Source: Tepidisphaera sp.
GTDB lineage: Bacteria; Planctomycetota; Phycisphaerae; Phycisphaerales; UBA1924
Direction: 5' to 3'
DNA length: 64,000 bases
Assembly (NCBI GenBank): GCA_050916045.1
Contig: CP051526.1
Span: 3,104,001-3,168,000, forward strand
Shown: positions 50,627 to 60,293 of the stretch, one piece after another
How positions within the stretch are numbered: the first letter of the stretch is position 1
Layout: every line of letters starts with the position of its first letter
The notes under the pieces: model-generated
Told to the model about the DNA's origin: nothing
Database searches by the model: none
The model's input: only the letters and a program-made list of their open reading frames with translations
Position numbers and translations under genes: made by a program

Positions 50627-51115
50627 TTACATGATGCTCGGCAGGCCCAGCGCCCGCCGGATCGTCGCAACCTGCCCGATGTGCCAGCCCTCGTGCCAGC
50701 AGATCTTCATCAGCATGTCGAACCCGTCGTTCGCGAAACCGCCCGTCTGCTCCTTCAGCGAGCCCGCGAGCGTCTTGTCATCGACGGTGTCAAGCCAGTT
50801 CCGCACCGCGCTGCGGCAACCGTCGAAATACCCGCGAACCTCCGCCAGCGAGGGATACTTCGAAGCGTCGTTCACCGGCTTGGAACCCATGCCGAACAGC
50901 GCCGAATAGGCCTCGGGAACCTCGGCTCCCGGGATCTTGAAGGTCGCGCCGACCCACGCGTCGGTGCTCGCCAGGTGACCAAGGGTCCAGATCAGGTGGT
51001 TGTCTTCCGGACCGGTCTGGAAGGTCGCTTTGTCGTTCGGCCAGTCGTTGATCGCTTTGAGCGAGATAATCCGAGTCCAGTGGAGCATGTCGGACAGGTA
51101 CGCGCGGGTGTTCAT
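50627..51115 (-). CDS. DinB family protein
   Basis: W.LGHLA and HE.WH.GQ His triad; AAGGAG SD. Confidence 0.88.
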   Translation of the reverse strand: MNTRAYLSDMLHWTRIISLKAINDWPNDKATFQTGPEDNHLIWTLGHLASTDAWVGATFKIPGAEVPEAYSALFGMGSKPVNDASKYPSLAEVRGYFDGCRSAVRNWLDTVDDKTLAGSLKEQTGGFANDGFDMLMKICWHEGWHIGQVATIRRALGLPSIM

Positions 51116-51269
51116 GGGGTAATCTCCTTGGAGGAGGCTAGGTCGCGGCCAAGCCCGCTGGTGGCGCGTCAATCTGGGGGCCCGCAGGCCGCGTGCAGAA
51201 CCCGCACGGGTGTGCTAATCTCTCAACCGGTTCAGCCGGACTGACTCCCCCAAGTGCCTGGACGAAGTG

Positions 51270-51914
51270 ATGTCGCAACCCCTCCGAGCCGCCGCCCCCG
51301 AATCTGTTCCGGAGACCTCCGCCCCGCGGAAACCCTCCAAAAGCAAGGGGCTCTTGTTCCTCAGTGAATTCCTCCGCTCCCCCTTCCGGACCGGCGCCCT
51401 CCACGAAAGCCCGCCCCGCGTCGCCAAAATGCTCGCCGATGACCTCGGGCTCGAGCAAGCCACCCACGTCGTCGAATTCGGCCCCGGCACCGGCCCGGTG
51501 ACCCGCGAGATCGTGGCCCGAATCCCCCGATCCTGCAATTTCTTCGCGATCGAGAAAAACCCCCGCCTCGCCAAGGTCTTCCGCGAACGCAATCCCGGCG
51601 TTTCGCTCGTGGAAGGATCGATCGAGGGCGTACGCGACTTCGTCGCCCAGCATCAGATGGGCCCGCTCGACGTGGTGGTCAGCTCGGTGCCCTGGATCCT
51701 CCTCCCCAAGCACGTGCAGGAGAAAACGATCCAGGAGACCATCGCCGCGATGCGCCCCGGCGGCCGCTTCAGCATGATCACCTACCGCCACGAACGGCTC
51801 AAGATCGTGCGCAAGTTCATCGACATCATGCGGGCCCACTTCGCCCACGTCGAGCCCATGCACCCGGTCCGAAGCCGCTTCGGACTGGCCTACGTCTATC
51901 GCGCCACGCGATAG
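51270..51914 (+). CDS. Class I SAM methyltransferase, PmtA-like (lipid N-methyltransferase family)
   Basis: FLRSP..TGA, VVEFGPGTG.VT, VVSS.P, PGG.F..ITY. Confidence 0.8.
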   Translation: MSQPLRAAAPESVPETSAPRKPSKSKGLLFLSEFLRSPFRTGALHESPPRVAKMLADDLGLEQATHVVEFGPGTGPVTREIVARIPRSCNFFAIEKNPRLAKVFRERNPGVSLVEGSIEGVRDFVAQHQMGPLDVVVSSVPWILLPKHVQEKTIQETIAAMRPGGRFSMITYRHERLKIVRKFIDIMRAHFAHVEPMHPVRSRFGLAYVYRATR

Positions 51915-51957
51915 CCGACGCTCTCGACCGACGCGATCCACCGCCGGTATCCACCCC

Positions 51958-53856
51958 TTAGGCCGACCGCACCCAGTCCGACCAGATCGCAAGCACCAGC
52001 AGGTGGTAAAGCCGCTGCCCGTGGTCGACCACGCCCGCATCGTGCTCCGCCAGCAGCGCCGCAACCCGCTCCTGTCGGATCGGCACCGCGTCCGAGAACG
52101 CCCCGAACGCATCAGGACGCATGACCCGCGCGAGCCAAAGCGTCCGCAAGCCCGCGAAATTCGACCGCAGCCACCGGCCGATCGGAATCGCAAACCCCGA
52201 CTTGGGCCCCGCCGCAAACCCGGCCGGCAGCACGCTCGCCGCCGCTTCCCGGAGCAGCCGCTTCCGCCCCGCGTGCTCCGGTGCGGGGTCGGCCGCCCGA
52301 GCTTCAAAGATCTCCCTCGCAAGAAACGGCGCACGCACCTCCAGCGCGACGGCCATCGAAGCGGTGTCAACCTTGCGAAGCAGATCCTCTGCTAGATACG
52401 TCCGCACATCCGCCGCCGACGGGTCAAGCAGCGAAGCCGGGTCGTTCACCCCCTCCGGACCCGCGCACGCCGCGAGCAATCCCCACTGCTTCGCCGGAAA
52501 GATCGCAAGCAGATCCTCGTACCCCCAGCCCCGAGCCGCCTCCGCAAGCCGGGCAAGCCGCGCCCGCTTGGATCGCGGATCCGCCCCGCGACCCACCACG
52601 CTCGGAACCAGCGACACAAGCCCGCGAAACGACCGCAACACAGCCGCCCCGCGATACCGCGCGTACCCGTCAAAAAGCTCATCCGCCCCGTCTCCCGAAA
52701 GCGCCACCGTCACGTGCTCACGCGCCGCACGACTCACCCACGCCGTCGGCAAAAGCGAGCTATCCCCAAGCGGCAAGCCAAGCTGCGGAATCAAGCTCTC
52801 AAGATCCGCGCACGGCGTCGCGTCACAGCCCAGCGTCGTGTGACGCGTCCCAAGGTGCTTCGCGATCTCGGCCGCCCGCGGCGACTCGTCATAACTCGCG
52901 TCGGGCATGCGCACCGTGAACGTGCGAACGTCCGGAGCGTGCCGCTTGGCCGCCGCCGCGATCAGCGGAGAATCGATCCCGCCCGACAGGAAGCAGCCCA
53001 CAGGCACATCCGCAACAAGACGCGCCCGCACCGACCGATCGATCGCGTCAAGCACCGTGCGCGGCTCATCAAGTCGCACGCTCTGACTCCCGCGCGGCTT
53101 GGCGGTCCGCCACGCGGAAACCGCCCACCGCGGCGACCCGCTCGAAAGGTCGAGCTCGGCGATGCCACCCGGCGGAAGCGCCTCGATGCCCTCAAGCGGC
53201 GGCTGAGCCCCGAAACCCATCGACGCCCACATCCGCACGCGCGACGGATCAACCGCGACCCGCAGGTCCGGACGCAGCGAGCGACGGATCGCAACCAGCG
53301 CCGGCACCGTGCTCGCAAACGCGAAACACGTCGCATCGCCGACCGCCAGCCTGGTGAAGTACACCGGCTTCTCCCCCGCCCGATCCCGTGCGAGCGTGAG
53401 CACGTTCGAACGCCCGTCCCACACTGCAAACGCGAACATCCCGTCAAGATCCGGCACGATCGCCGACCGACGGGCAAGCCACCCCATCGCAAGAACCTCG
53501 GTGTCGCTGTGGTCGGACGCAAACGCCAAGCCCGCGCCCGTCAAGTCCCGGCGAAGCTCCGGGTGGTTGTAAATGCACCCGTTGAAGACAACCGCCACCT
53601 GCTCGCGGGGGTCGGCGTTCACCGGCCGCACCATCGGCTGGCCCCCACCCGCCGCGTCCAGGATCGTGAGCCTGCGGTGGGCCAGCGCGACCGTCGCCGC
53701 ACGCCCCGCCAGCTCCACCCTCCGCTCAAGCATCCCCGAGCCGTCCGGCCCGCGGTGGGCGATCGCGATCGACGCGGCATCCAAAGCCGCTCGCGAAGCG
53801 AACGGACCCGGCGGCACGGCCGGCCCGACAAGGATGATCCCGGCGATGCCGCACAT
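51958..53856 (-). CDS. asnB: Asparagine synthase (glutamine-hydrolysing)-like amidotransferase
   Basis: MCGIAG, HRGPD, FNG.IYN, LSGGIDS, SGDGADELF, KVD.ASM...LEVR.PF. Confidence 0.9.
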   Translation of the reverse strand: MCGIAGIILVGPAVPPGPFASRAALDAASIAIAHRGPDGSGMLERRVELAGRAATVALAHRRLTILDAAGGGQPMVRPVNADPREQVAVVFNGCIYNHPELRRDLTGAGLAFASDHSDTEVLAMGWLARRSAIVPDLDGMFAFAVWDGRSNVLTLARDRAGEKPVYFTRLAVGDATCFAFASTVPALVAIRRSLRPDLRVAVDPSRVRMWASMGFGAQPPLEGIEALPPGGIAELDLSSGSPRWAVSAWRTAKPRGSQSVRLDEPRTVLDAIDRSVRARLVADVPVGCFLSGGIDSPLIAAAAKRHAPDVRTFTVRMPDASYDESPRAAEIAKHLGTRHTTLGCDATPCADLESLIPQLGLPLGDSSLLPTAWVSRAAREHVTVALSGDGADELFDGYARYRGAAVLRSFRGLVSLVPSVVGRGADPRSKRARLARLAEAARGWGYEDLLAIFPAKQWGLLAACAGPEGVNDPASLLDPSAADVRTYLAEDLLRKVDTASMAVALEVRAPFLAREIFEARAADPAPEHAGRKRLLREAAASVLPAGFAAGPKSGFAIPIGRWLRSNFAGLRTLWLARVMRPDAFGAFSDAVPIRQERVAALLAEHDAGVVDHGQRLYHLLVLAIWSDWVRSA

Positions 53857-54037
53857 GGCACAGAGAGGGTACGGGCCGGAAAGCAGCCGGAAAAACACGC
53901 GATCGACGGCCCGGAACGTTTCAACTTTCACATCGGGCTAGGCGGACCATCCCCTTCGCGTCATAATGCTCACGAACCGTGAACCCAAGAGCCGCGCCGT
54001 TCGAAGTGATGGCGGGATTCATGCGATGGAGAAGACG

Positions 54038-56773
54038 ATGAAGTCATACCCACGATTGGCTGTTCTGGCATTGCTCCTGGGCGCAGGCGCCGCGTCCGGA
54101 AACGACAACCCCGTCATCATGCAGTGGTTCGAAGCCAAGTGGTCCGATATGGAACGCCGCATCCCCGACTGGTACCTGTCGGGGTACGGGGCCGTCTGGC
54201 TCCCCCCGGCAAGCCGCGCCGGTTCCGTCGGCTCGGCCGGCTACGACGTCTTCGACCGGTTCGACTTCGGCCGGCCGGGCAACGAGACCGCGTACGGGAC
54301 CGATCAGGGCTTCCGAACCGTCATCAATGAGTTCCACCGCGCCAACGGCCTGGTCTACCTCGACTCCATCCTGAACCACAACGGCGCCCGCCAAGGCTCC
54401 GCAGGTTTCCAAGCCGCCGGCGGCTATCCGGGGTTCTGGATGGCGTCCAGCACGCCCCCCGTCGACAAGACGCCCACGAGCAACTGGGGTGACTTCCACA
54501 ACGGCAACGCCAACGGCTACCTCCAGTCGGAGAACCCCAACGGGCCCAACTACGACCAGTACCGCGGCGATCTCGTCGCCCTCATCGACATCGCGCAGGA
54601 ATCCAACAACCAGTTCATCCGCCAGCCCGTGACCCCCGGCGACCCGCTCAACATCCCCGCCGGCACGACGTACAACCTCCCCGACCCGGCCAACCGCCGC
54701 GCGTACCCCGACCGCCAAGCGACGCCGCTCACCTTCACCAATCCCGGAACGCCGCGCACGCCCGGCTCGAACCAGTTCACGGTCTACCCGTTCAACGCGA
54801 GCGACCCGACGACGGGCGACCCCGTGACCGACAACGCGACCGGCCTCCTCATGCGCTGGTCGCAGATGATGGTCGACGTCTACAAGGTCGACGGCTTCCG
54901 CCTCGACGCGATCAAGCACGCTCCCGCGTGGTTCTGGGACACCTTCTACGACTCCTCGGTCTACCAGCGCCGCATCACCCCCGACGGCCGCCGCGTCACG
55001 CCCTTCAGCTTCGGCGAAGCCGTTGAGGGCAACGCCAATATCTACAACCTCTTCGTGCGCAAGGACGGCTTCGGCAACCGCGATGCGCTCGACATCAACG
55101 GCTCGGGCTCCCTCCGCGACCTCGTCAACGCCGGCGGGTTCGGAAACTGGGTCAACGTGCTCGACCAGCACCTCGACAAAGCCGACGACAACGACAACAA
55201 CGGCACGATCGGCGTCAACCACGTCTACTCGCACGACAACGGCACCGTCGGCGACGGCGGGGCCGCCCCGGGCGACCCGACGACCCGCCAGATGGGGTAC
55301 TTCGCCAACGCCTACGTCTTCATGCGTCCGGGCATCACCAAGATCTACCACAACGCCCGCGGGATCTCGCGTCCGGGCGGGTTCTGGCCCCGCAACGGCG
55401 TGCTCACGACCTTGGGCGTGAACCCCGTGACCAACGCGGTGGACCGGACGATCCCGACCCTCGCGTCGCTCCACAACTCCTACGCCCGGGGCACGTGGAA
55501 CGTCCTCAACGGCACCGACACGGTCAACCCAAGCCTCAATGACGTCATCATCTTCGAGCGCCGCGGATGGACGGGCTCGGCGTGGTCGGCGCACGTCCTT
55601 GTCGGCGTGAACGACAGCTACGCCGACGGCATCGACACGCGGAGCGTGCAGACCTCCTTCCCCGCGGGCACGCGGCTGGTCGAGATGACCGGCAACGCGA
55701 ACGACCCGGCCGTGGATCCGACCAACGCGATCCCGAGCATCCTCACCGTCGACGGCTCGGGCCGCGTGCTGATCCCCGTGCCACGCAACCGCGCGAACGG
55801 CGTCGATCACAACAAGGGTTTCGTCGTCTACGGCCTCGCGATCCCTTCGGGGACGCTGGCGGTCACGCCCACCAACGGGCAGCTCGCCGCCGACCCCGTG
55901 AACGCGCCGCGCCAGCGCCGCCGCCACAACGCCATCCCCGTCGTGACCGCGAACACCTTCGAGCTTCAGCTCACCACGACGCACGGCGACCCGGGCGTCG
56001 GGAACAACAACAACGCCGACGACAACGCCGTCTTCCGCTTCAACCAGGGGTTCGTCGACCTCAACGGCAACGGCGTCACCGACATCGACGGCCTCAACTC
56101 CGTCGTCCCGGGGTACGAGCAGTTCGTCACCCAGCGCCAGCCACTCGCGGGCACAAGCAACGCCAACGGCATCTACCGGCAGGTCATCAACGCCGCGTCG
56201 CTGCCCGAGGGCCTCAACTACATCTCCGTCGTGGCGTTCCGCAAACGCGACTCCAACGAGCTCCCCATCTTCCGCGAGTTCCGAAGCGTGATCTACGTCG
56301 ATCGCGTCGGTCCCGCGGGGGCTTTCGTCGATCCCCCCGCCACGGTGAGCACCAACTCGGTCCGGTTCGACGCGCGGGCCGCCGACCGGACCGCGACGCG
56401 AGCCCACACCATCCTGGATCTCCCCCAGGGTGCCGATCCGCTCTCCTCCCAGTACTCGAACGTCCAGACGCTCTGCGTCAAGACCGACCGCTTGGACTAC
56501 TTCCGGACGCTCTCGGGCCTCACCCACGGGTGGCACACCGCCACGCTGACGTTCTTCGAGGAAACCGGCCGCGGATCCGCGCAGACGCACTCCTTCTTCG
56601 TTGATCTCTGCCCGGCGGACTTCAACAACGACGGGTTCCTGGACTTCTTCGACTACGACGATTACGTCATCGCCTACGAAGAAGGCCTGCCCGGCTCGGA
56701 CTTCAACGGCGATGGGTTCACCGACTTCTTCGACTACGACGACTTCGTCGCCGCATTCGAACAGGGCTGCTGA
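54038..56773 (+). CDS. Secreted GH13 alpha-amylase-family protein with C-terminal GC-type dockerin anchor
   Basis: Signal peptide; GYD.FD.FD.G, NH, DGFRLDAIKH, GE, SHD catalytic motifs; CPADFNNDG...DFNGDG...FEQGC tail. Confidence 0.88.
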   Translation: MKSYPRLAVLALLLGAGAASGNDNPVIMQWFEAKWSDMERRIPDWYLSGYGAVWLPPASRAGSVGSAGYDVFDRFDFGRPGNETAYGTDQGFRTVINEFHRANGLVYLDSILNHNGARQGSAGFQAAGGYPGFWMASSTPPVDKTPTSNWGDFHNGNANGYLQSENPNGPNYDQYRGDLVALIDIAQESNNQFIRQPVTPGDPLNIPAGTTYNLPDPANRRAYPDRQATPLTFTNPGTPRTPGSNQFTVYPFNASDPTTGDPVTDNATGLLMRWSQMMVDVYKVDGFRLDAIKHAPAWFWDTFYDSSVYQRRITPDGRRVTPFSFGEAVEGNANIYNLFVRKDGFGNRDALDINGSGSLRDLVNAGGFGNWVNVLDQHLDKADDNDNNGTIGVNHVYSHDNGTVGDGGAAPGDPTTRQMGYFANAYVFMRPGITKIYHNARGISRPGGFWPRNGVLTTLGVNPVTNAVDRTIPTLASLHNSYARGTWNVLNGTDTVNPSLNDVIIFERRGWTGSAWSAHVLVGVNDSYADGIDTRSVQTSFPAGTRLVEMTGNANDPAVDPTNAIPSILTVDGSGRVLIPVPRNRANGVDHNKGFVVYGLAIPSGTLAVTPTNGQLAADPVNAPRQRRRHNAIPVVTANTFELQLTTTHGDPGVGNNNNADDNAVFRFNQGFVDLNGNGVTDIDGLNSVVPGYEQFVTQRQPLAGTSNANGIYRQVINAASLPEGLNYISVVAFRKRDSNELPIFREFRSVIYVDRVGPAGAFVDPPATVSTNSVRFDARAADRTATRAHTILDLPQGADPLSSQYSNVQTLCVKTDRLDYFRTLSGLTHGWHTATLTFFEETGRGSAQTHSFFVDLCPADFNNDGFLDFFDYDDYVIAYEEGLPGSDFNGDGFTDFFDYDDFVAAFEQGC

Positions 56774-56953
56774 AGCCGGACTTTGCTCACCGGGTTCGCG
56801 TCACGGGCTCACCGCCGGCGCGGGGCTGCTCTTGCTCGACGAGGGCAAGACGCCCGACGTCAGCATCAGCACCCCGCCGACGATCGTCGCGATGCTGAAA
56901 ATGATCGCGATCGCCACGCCGCGCCACACCGGCACGCCGTGTCGATAGCTCAG

Positions 56954-57181
56954 TTACAGCGCGACGCCGAAGACGTAGAAAATCATCGAGATCGCGATCG
57001 ATTCGAGACTCCCGAACGAAGCCGTCGCCGATTTGACCAGGTTCGACGCCATGCGAGCAACCAGCATCACGCCGAACGCGTCCCAGAAGCCGATATCCGC
57101 CCCGCCCATGTGCTTCACCAAGAGCCGGAAGAAGACCGCGAGCAGGGCGATGAACGCGAATACAACGATGAGCGGTATCAC
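56954..57181 (-). CDS. Small membrane protein
   Basis: 75 aa with three hydrophobic segments, downstream of the BtpA-like gene. Confidence 0.5.
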   Translation of the reverse strand: MIPLIVVFAFIALLAVFFRLLVKHMGGADIGFWDAFGVMLVARMASNLVKSATASFGSLESIAISMIFYVFGVAL

Positions 57182-57222
57182 GGAGCGATCATTGGCGGCC
57201 GTGCGTGAACCGTCGAATCACC

Positions 57223-58020
57223 TCAGCCGCGGACCTTGTTCGCTTCGGCGATCAGCGTCCGGCAGCGGCTTTCGTCGACGGGATTGGCCCAGAACCCGTC
57301 TCGCTTGATCCAGCTCCCCACGATGAGCGCATCCGCGTGCTGCCAGAGGCTTCCCACGTGGTCCGGAGTGACGCCGCTGCCGACCCAGACGGGAAGCTTG
57401 GTGGCGTTCCGGGCTTCGGCGATATCGGCGGGAGCGGTCGGTTTGCCCGTCGCAGTCCCGGTGATGATGATCCCGTCGGCGCCGAAAAACTCGGCCCCTT
57501 CGACCGCGCCGGCGATCGAGATGTCGGCGGTGATCGCGTGGGAAGCGTGCTTCTTCTTGATGTCGCAGAAGATCTTGATCGACTCGGCCCCGATCGACCG
57601 CCGGTAGCGAAGCAGCGGCCCGGCTTCGGCTCGCTCAAGCAACCCCTCATCGGCGACGTGGGCGAAGACGAAGTTCTCGCAGCGGATAAACGAACCGCCG
57701 GCGGCCTGGGCGATCGCAATCGCTTCCCGTGAGCCGCCGGAAAGAACCTGCACGCCCAGCGGAAGCCACGTCGCGGCGGCCCGGACCGCTTCCGCGGCCC
57801 GCGTCATGGACGCGACAACCTCCGGCCCGTGCTGTCCGTGGACATACGGAGCATCGTGCATGTTCTCCACGATGAGGCCGTCGAACCCGCACGCAGCCAG
57901 CACCTTGGCTTCCTCGGCGGCCTGATGACAAAGCTGGCCGACCGAGAGGCTTGATCGCGGCGACCCGGGGAGAGCCCCGACGTGGACCATGGCGATGAGA
58001 GCTTTGGCTTGGGAGAACAT
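57223..58020 (-). CDS. BtpA/SgcQ family protein
   Basis: MVH..ALPG.P, ENMHD.PY, FIR, DIKKKH, ADG.I.TG..TG, VGSGV, IVGS..K. Confidence 0.92.
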   Translation of the reverse strand: MFSQAKALIAMVHVGALPGSPRSSLSVGQLCHQAAEEAKVLAACGFDGLIVENMHDAPYVHGQHGPEVVASMTRAAEAVRAAATWLPLGVQVLSGGSREAIAIAQAAGGSFIRCENFVFAHVADEGLLERAEAGPLLRYRRSIGAESIKIFCDIKKKHASHAITADISIAGAVEGAEFFGADGIIITGTATGKPTAPADIAEARNATKLPVWVGSGVTPDHVGSLWQHADALIVGSWIKRDGFWANPVDESRCRTLIAEANKVRG

Positions 58021-58160
58021 CGGACCTCCGAAACGCGTGGCGGATCCCCCGAACCATCCCCGACCAGCGTAGGCGGTGACCGGGCGTGCTCCGGGCCGGT
58101 GTGGTATGCTCCCGACTTGCAACTTTTCCGGGCACCCGGTGCCCGACGAGGAACCATCCG

Positions 58161-60209
58161 ATGACCCAACCTCCCGCCCCCAACGCACCCGCCGGCCGCG
58201 ACGCCGCATTCAACGATTCCGCGATGCGCGGCCTCGGTGACGGCCCCGCCGGTCCGGTCAAGCTCAGCCACCCCAAGGGCCTTCGGGTTCTCTTCCTCAC
58301 GGAAATGTGGGAGCGATTCAGCTACTACGGCATGAAGGCCCTGCTGACGCTCTTCCTGGTGACGGTCGTCGCGGTGGGGTCGCTGAAGGACGGCGTCTAC
58401 TCCAACACGCTCGAGATCACCGAGGTCCGGGCGGAATCAGACGCGAAGGACGCCAAGACGTACGACATCGTGACGCCGATCGAGTACCACGTGCTTGTGG
58501 GTTCCGGAAAGACGGCTCCGGGCGACGCCGCTTCGCCCCCGCCCTTCACCCGCCGATCCGATGAGGCTGGCAAGGAGATCACGGCGCCGGTGACCGACTC
58601 CGGCCGCAGCGCCCTGGTTATCAAGCGCGCCAAGCAGGTCCCCGACCCGACCGACGCCAAGAAGAGAATCTGGGTCGCGGACGACTCCATCCCCATCGCC
58701 GACGTCGTGCTGACGCCCAAAGCGGGCGTCGAGAAGGACCAGACCGCCTTCGAGAACGACGAAACCGCCTACATCATCACCAACCCCACCGACAAGCCCA
58801 TCCGCATCAAAGCCCAGATCGCCCGCGTCAACGACGACTCGCGAACCTACTTCCGCGTCAACGACAGCCCCACCCTCGCCACCGGCGAGGTCAAGCCCGA
58901 CAAAGACATGAAGCCCGGCGATCAGCCCTTCATCGTCCGCGTCGACACCAACAAAGCCGCCAGCGGCATGAACTGGACCAAGGAACGCGCCGGCTCGCTC
59001 ATGGCGTGGTACACCGGCCTCGTCTACCTCACGCCCATCATCGGCGGTCTGCTCGCCGATCGATTCCTCGGAACCCACCGCTGCCTGCTCATCGGCGGCC
59101 TCGTCATCGCCATCGGCCACTTCGTCCTCATGGGCGAGACCGTCCCCACGCTCTACGCCGGCCTGGCCCTCGTGATCATCGGCACCGGCTTCTTCAAGTC
59201 CAACGTCTCCACCATGGTGGGAGAGCTCTATAAAGACGGAGACGGTAGACGAGACGCAGGGTTCACCATTTTCTACATGGGCATCAACCTCGGCGCGTTC
59301 ATCGGCCCGATCATCTGCGGCTGGCTCCGCGTGAACTACAGCTGGTCCCTCGCGTTCGGCGCCGCCGGCTTCGGCATGGTCCTCGGCCTCATCCAGTACA
59401 TGGCGGGCCGGAAGAAGTACCTCTCCGGCATCGGCCTCCCCCCCGCCGAGCGCCGCTCCCTCGCGCAGAACCTCCTCGAGGACAAGCCCCTCACCCGTGA
59501 AGAAAAGCAGCGCATCGGCGTGATCTTCATCATGGCCTTCTTCGTCATCTTCTTCTGGGCCGCCTTCGAGCAGGCCGCCGGCTCGATGGTCTACTTCGGC
59601 GAGGAACGCACCGACCGCTCGCTCCCCTCCTTCCTCTCCTTCCTCGTCGCCGAGCCCGCCCCCGGTCAGGCCCCCTCGTGGCCCGCGGAATGGCTGAACT
59701 CGGTCAACCCGCTCATGATCCTCTGCCTCGCTCCCATCTTCGCGTCGCTCTGGGTCCGCCTCGCCTCCCGCGGCAAGGAGCCCAGCACCCCCGCCAAGTT
59801 CGCCATCGGCCTCATCACCCTCGGCATCGGCTTCCTCTTCATGGTCTTCGCGTCCTTCGCCGGCGAAGGCGGCGTCAAGGTCTCCCCCTTCTGGATCTTC
59901 GGCGCCTTCCTCCTCCACACCTGCGCCGAACTCTGCCTCTCGCCCGTCGGCCTCTCCATGGTCACCAAGCTCGCCCCCGTCAAGCTCGCTTCCATGCTCA
60001 TGGGCGTCTGGTTCGTCTCAAACTTCTTCGCGAACTTCATCGCCGCCCAGCTCTCCGGCTCAGTCGACAAGATCGCCGAAAGCGGGTTCCTCGGAATCCC
60101 CGGATACGCCGGATTCTTCTCGATCTTCGTGATCGCCCCGTGCGCCGCCGGGTTCGTCCTGATCTTCCTCGTGCCCACCCTCAAGAAGATGATGCACGGC
60201 AAGGGCTGA
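58161..60209 (+). CDS. POT/PTR family proton-dependent oligopeptide transporter with large TM1-TM2 insert
   Basis: EMWERFSYYGM (ExxERF), GTGFFKSN, FYMGINLG, ELCLSPVGLS. Confidence 0.93.
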   Translation: MTQPPAPNAPAGRDAAFNDSAMRGLGDGPAGPVKLSHPKGLRVLFLTEMWERFSYYGMKALLTLFLVTVVAVGSLKDGVYSNTLEITEVRAESDAKDAKTYDIVTPIEYHVLVGSGKTAPGDAASPPPFTRRSDEAGKEITAPVTDSGRSALVIKRAKQVPDPTDAKKRIWVADDSIPIADVVLTPKAGVEKDQTAFENDETAYIITNPTDKPIRIKAQIARVNDDSRTYFRVNDSPTLATGEVKPDKDMKPGDQPFIVRVDTNKAASGMNWTKERAGSLMAWYTGLVYLTPIIGGLLADRFLGTHRCLLIGGLVIAIGHFVLMGETVPTLYAGLALVIIGTGFFKSNVSTMVGELYKDGDGRRDAGFTIFYMGINLGAFIGPIICGWLRVNYSWSLAFGAAGFGMVLGLIQYMAGRKKYLSGIGLPPAERRSLAQNLLEDKPLTREEKQRIGVIFIMAFFVIFFWAAFEQAAGSMVYFGEERTDRSLPSFLSFLVAEPAPGQAPSWPAEWLNSVNPLMILCLAPIFASLWVRLASRGKEPSTPAKFAIGLITLGIGFLFMVFASFAGEGGVKVSPFWIFGAFLLHTCAELCLSPVGLSMVTKLAPVKLASMLMGVWFVSNFFANFIAAQLSGSVDKIAESGFLGIPGYAGFFSIFVIAPCAAGFVLIFLVPTLKKMMHGKG

Positions 60210-60236
60210 AACTGACCGCCGCCACCAAAAACAAGA

Positions 60237-60262
60237 AGCCCACGGGTTCCAACCCGTGGGCT
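60237..60262. terminator. Perfect palindrome between convergent genes (bidirectional terminator or REP)
   Basis: agcccacgggtt-cc-aacccgtgggct with A-rich 5' and T-rich 3' flanks. Confidence 0.7.
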
Positions 60263-60293
60263 CTTTCATTTCCAGAACACTCCTCCCCAAACC

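Noticed and set aside
51958..53856. AsnB-like gene as a lasso peptide cyclase
   Set aside because: It has an intact N-terminal Cys glutaminase domain, and no B1/B2 proteins or precursor are adjacent
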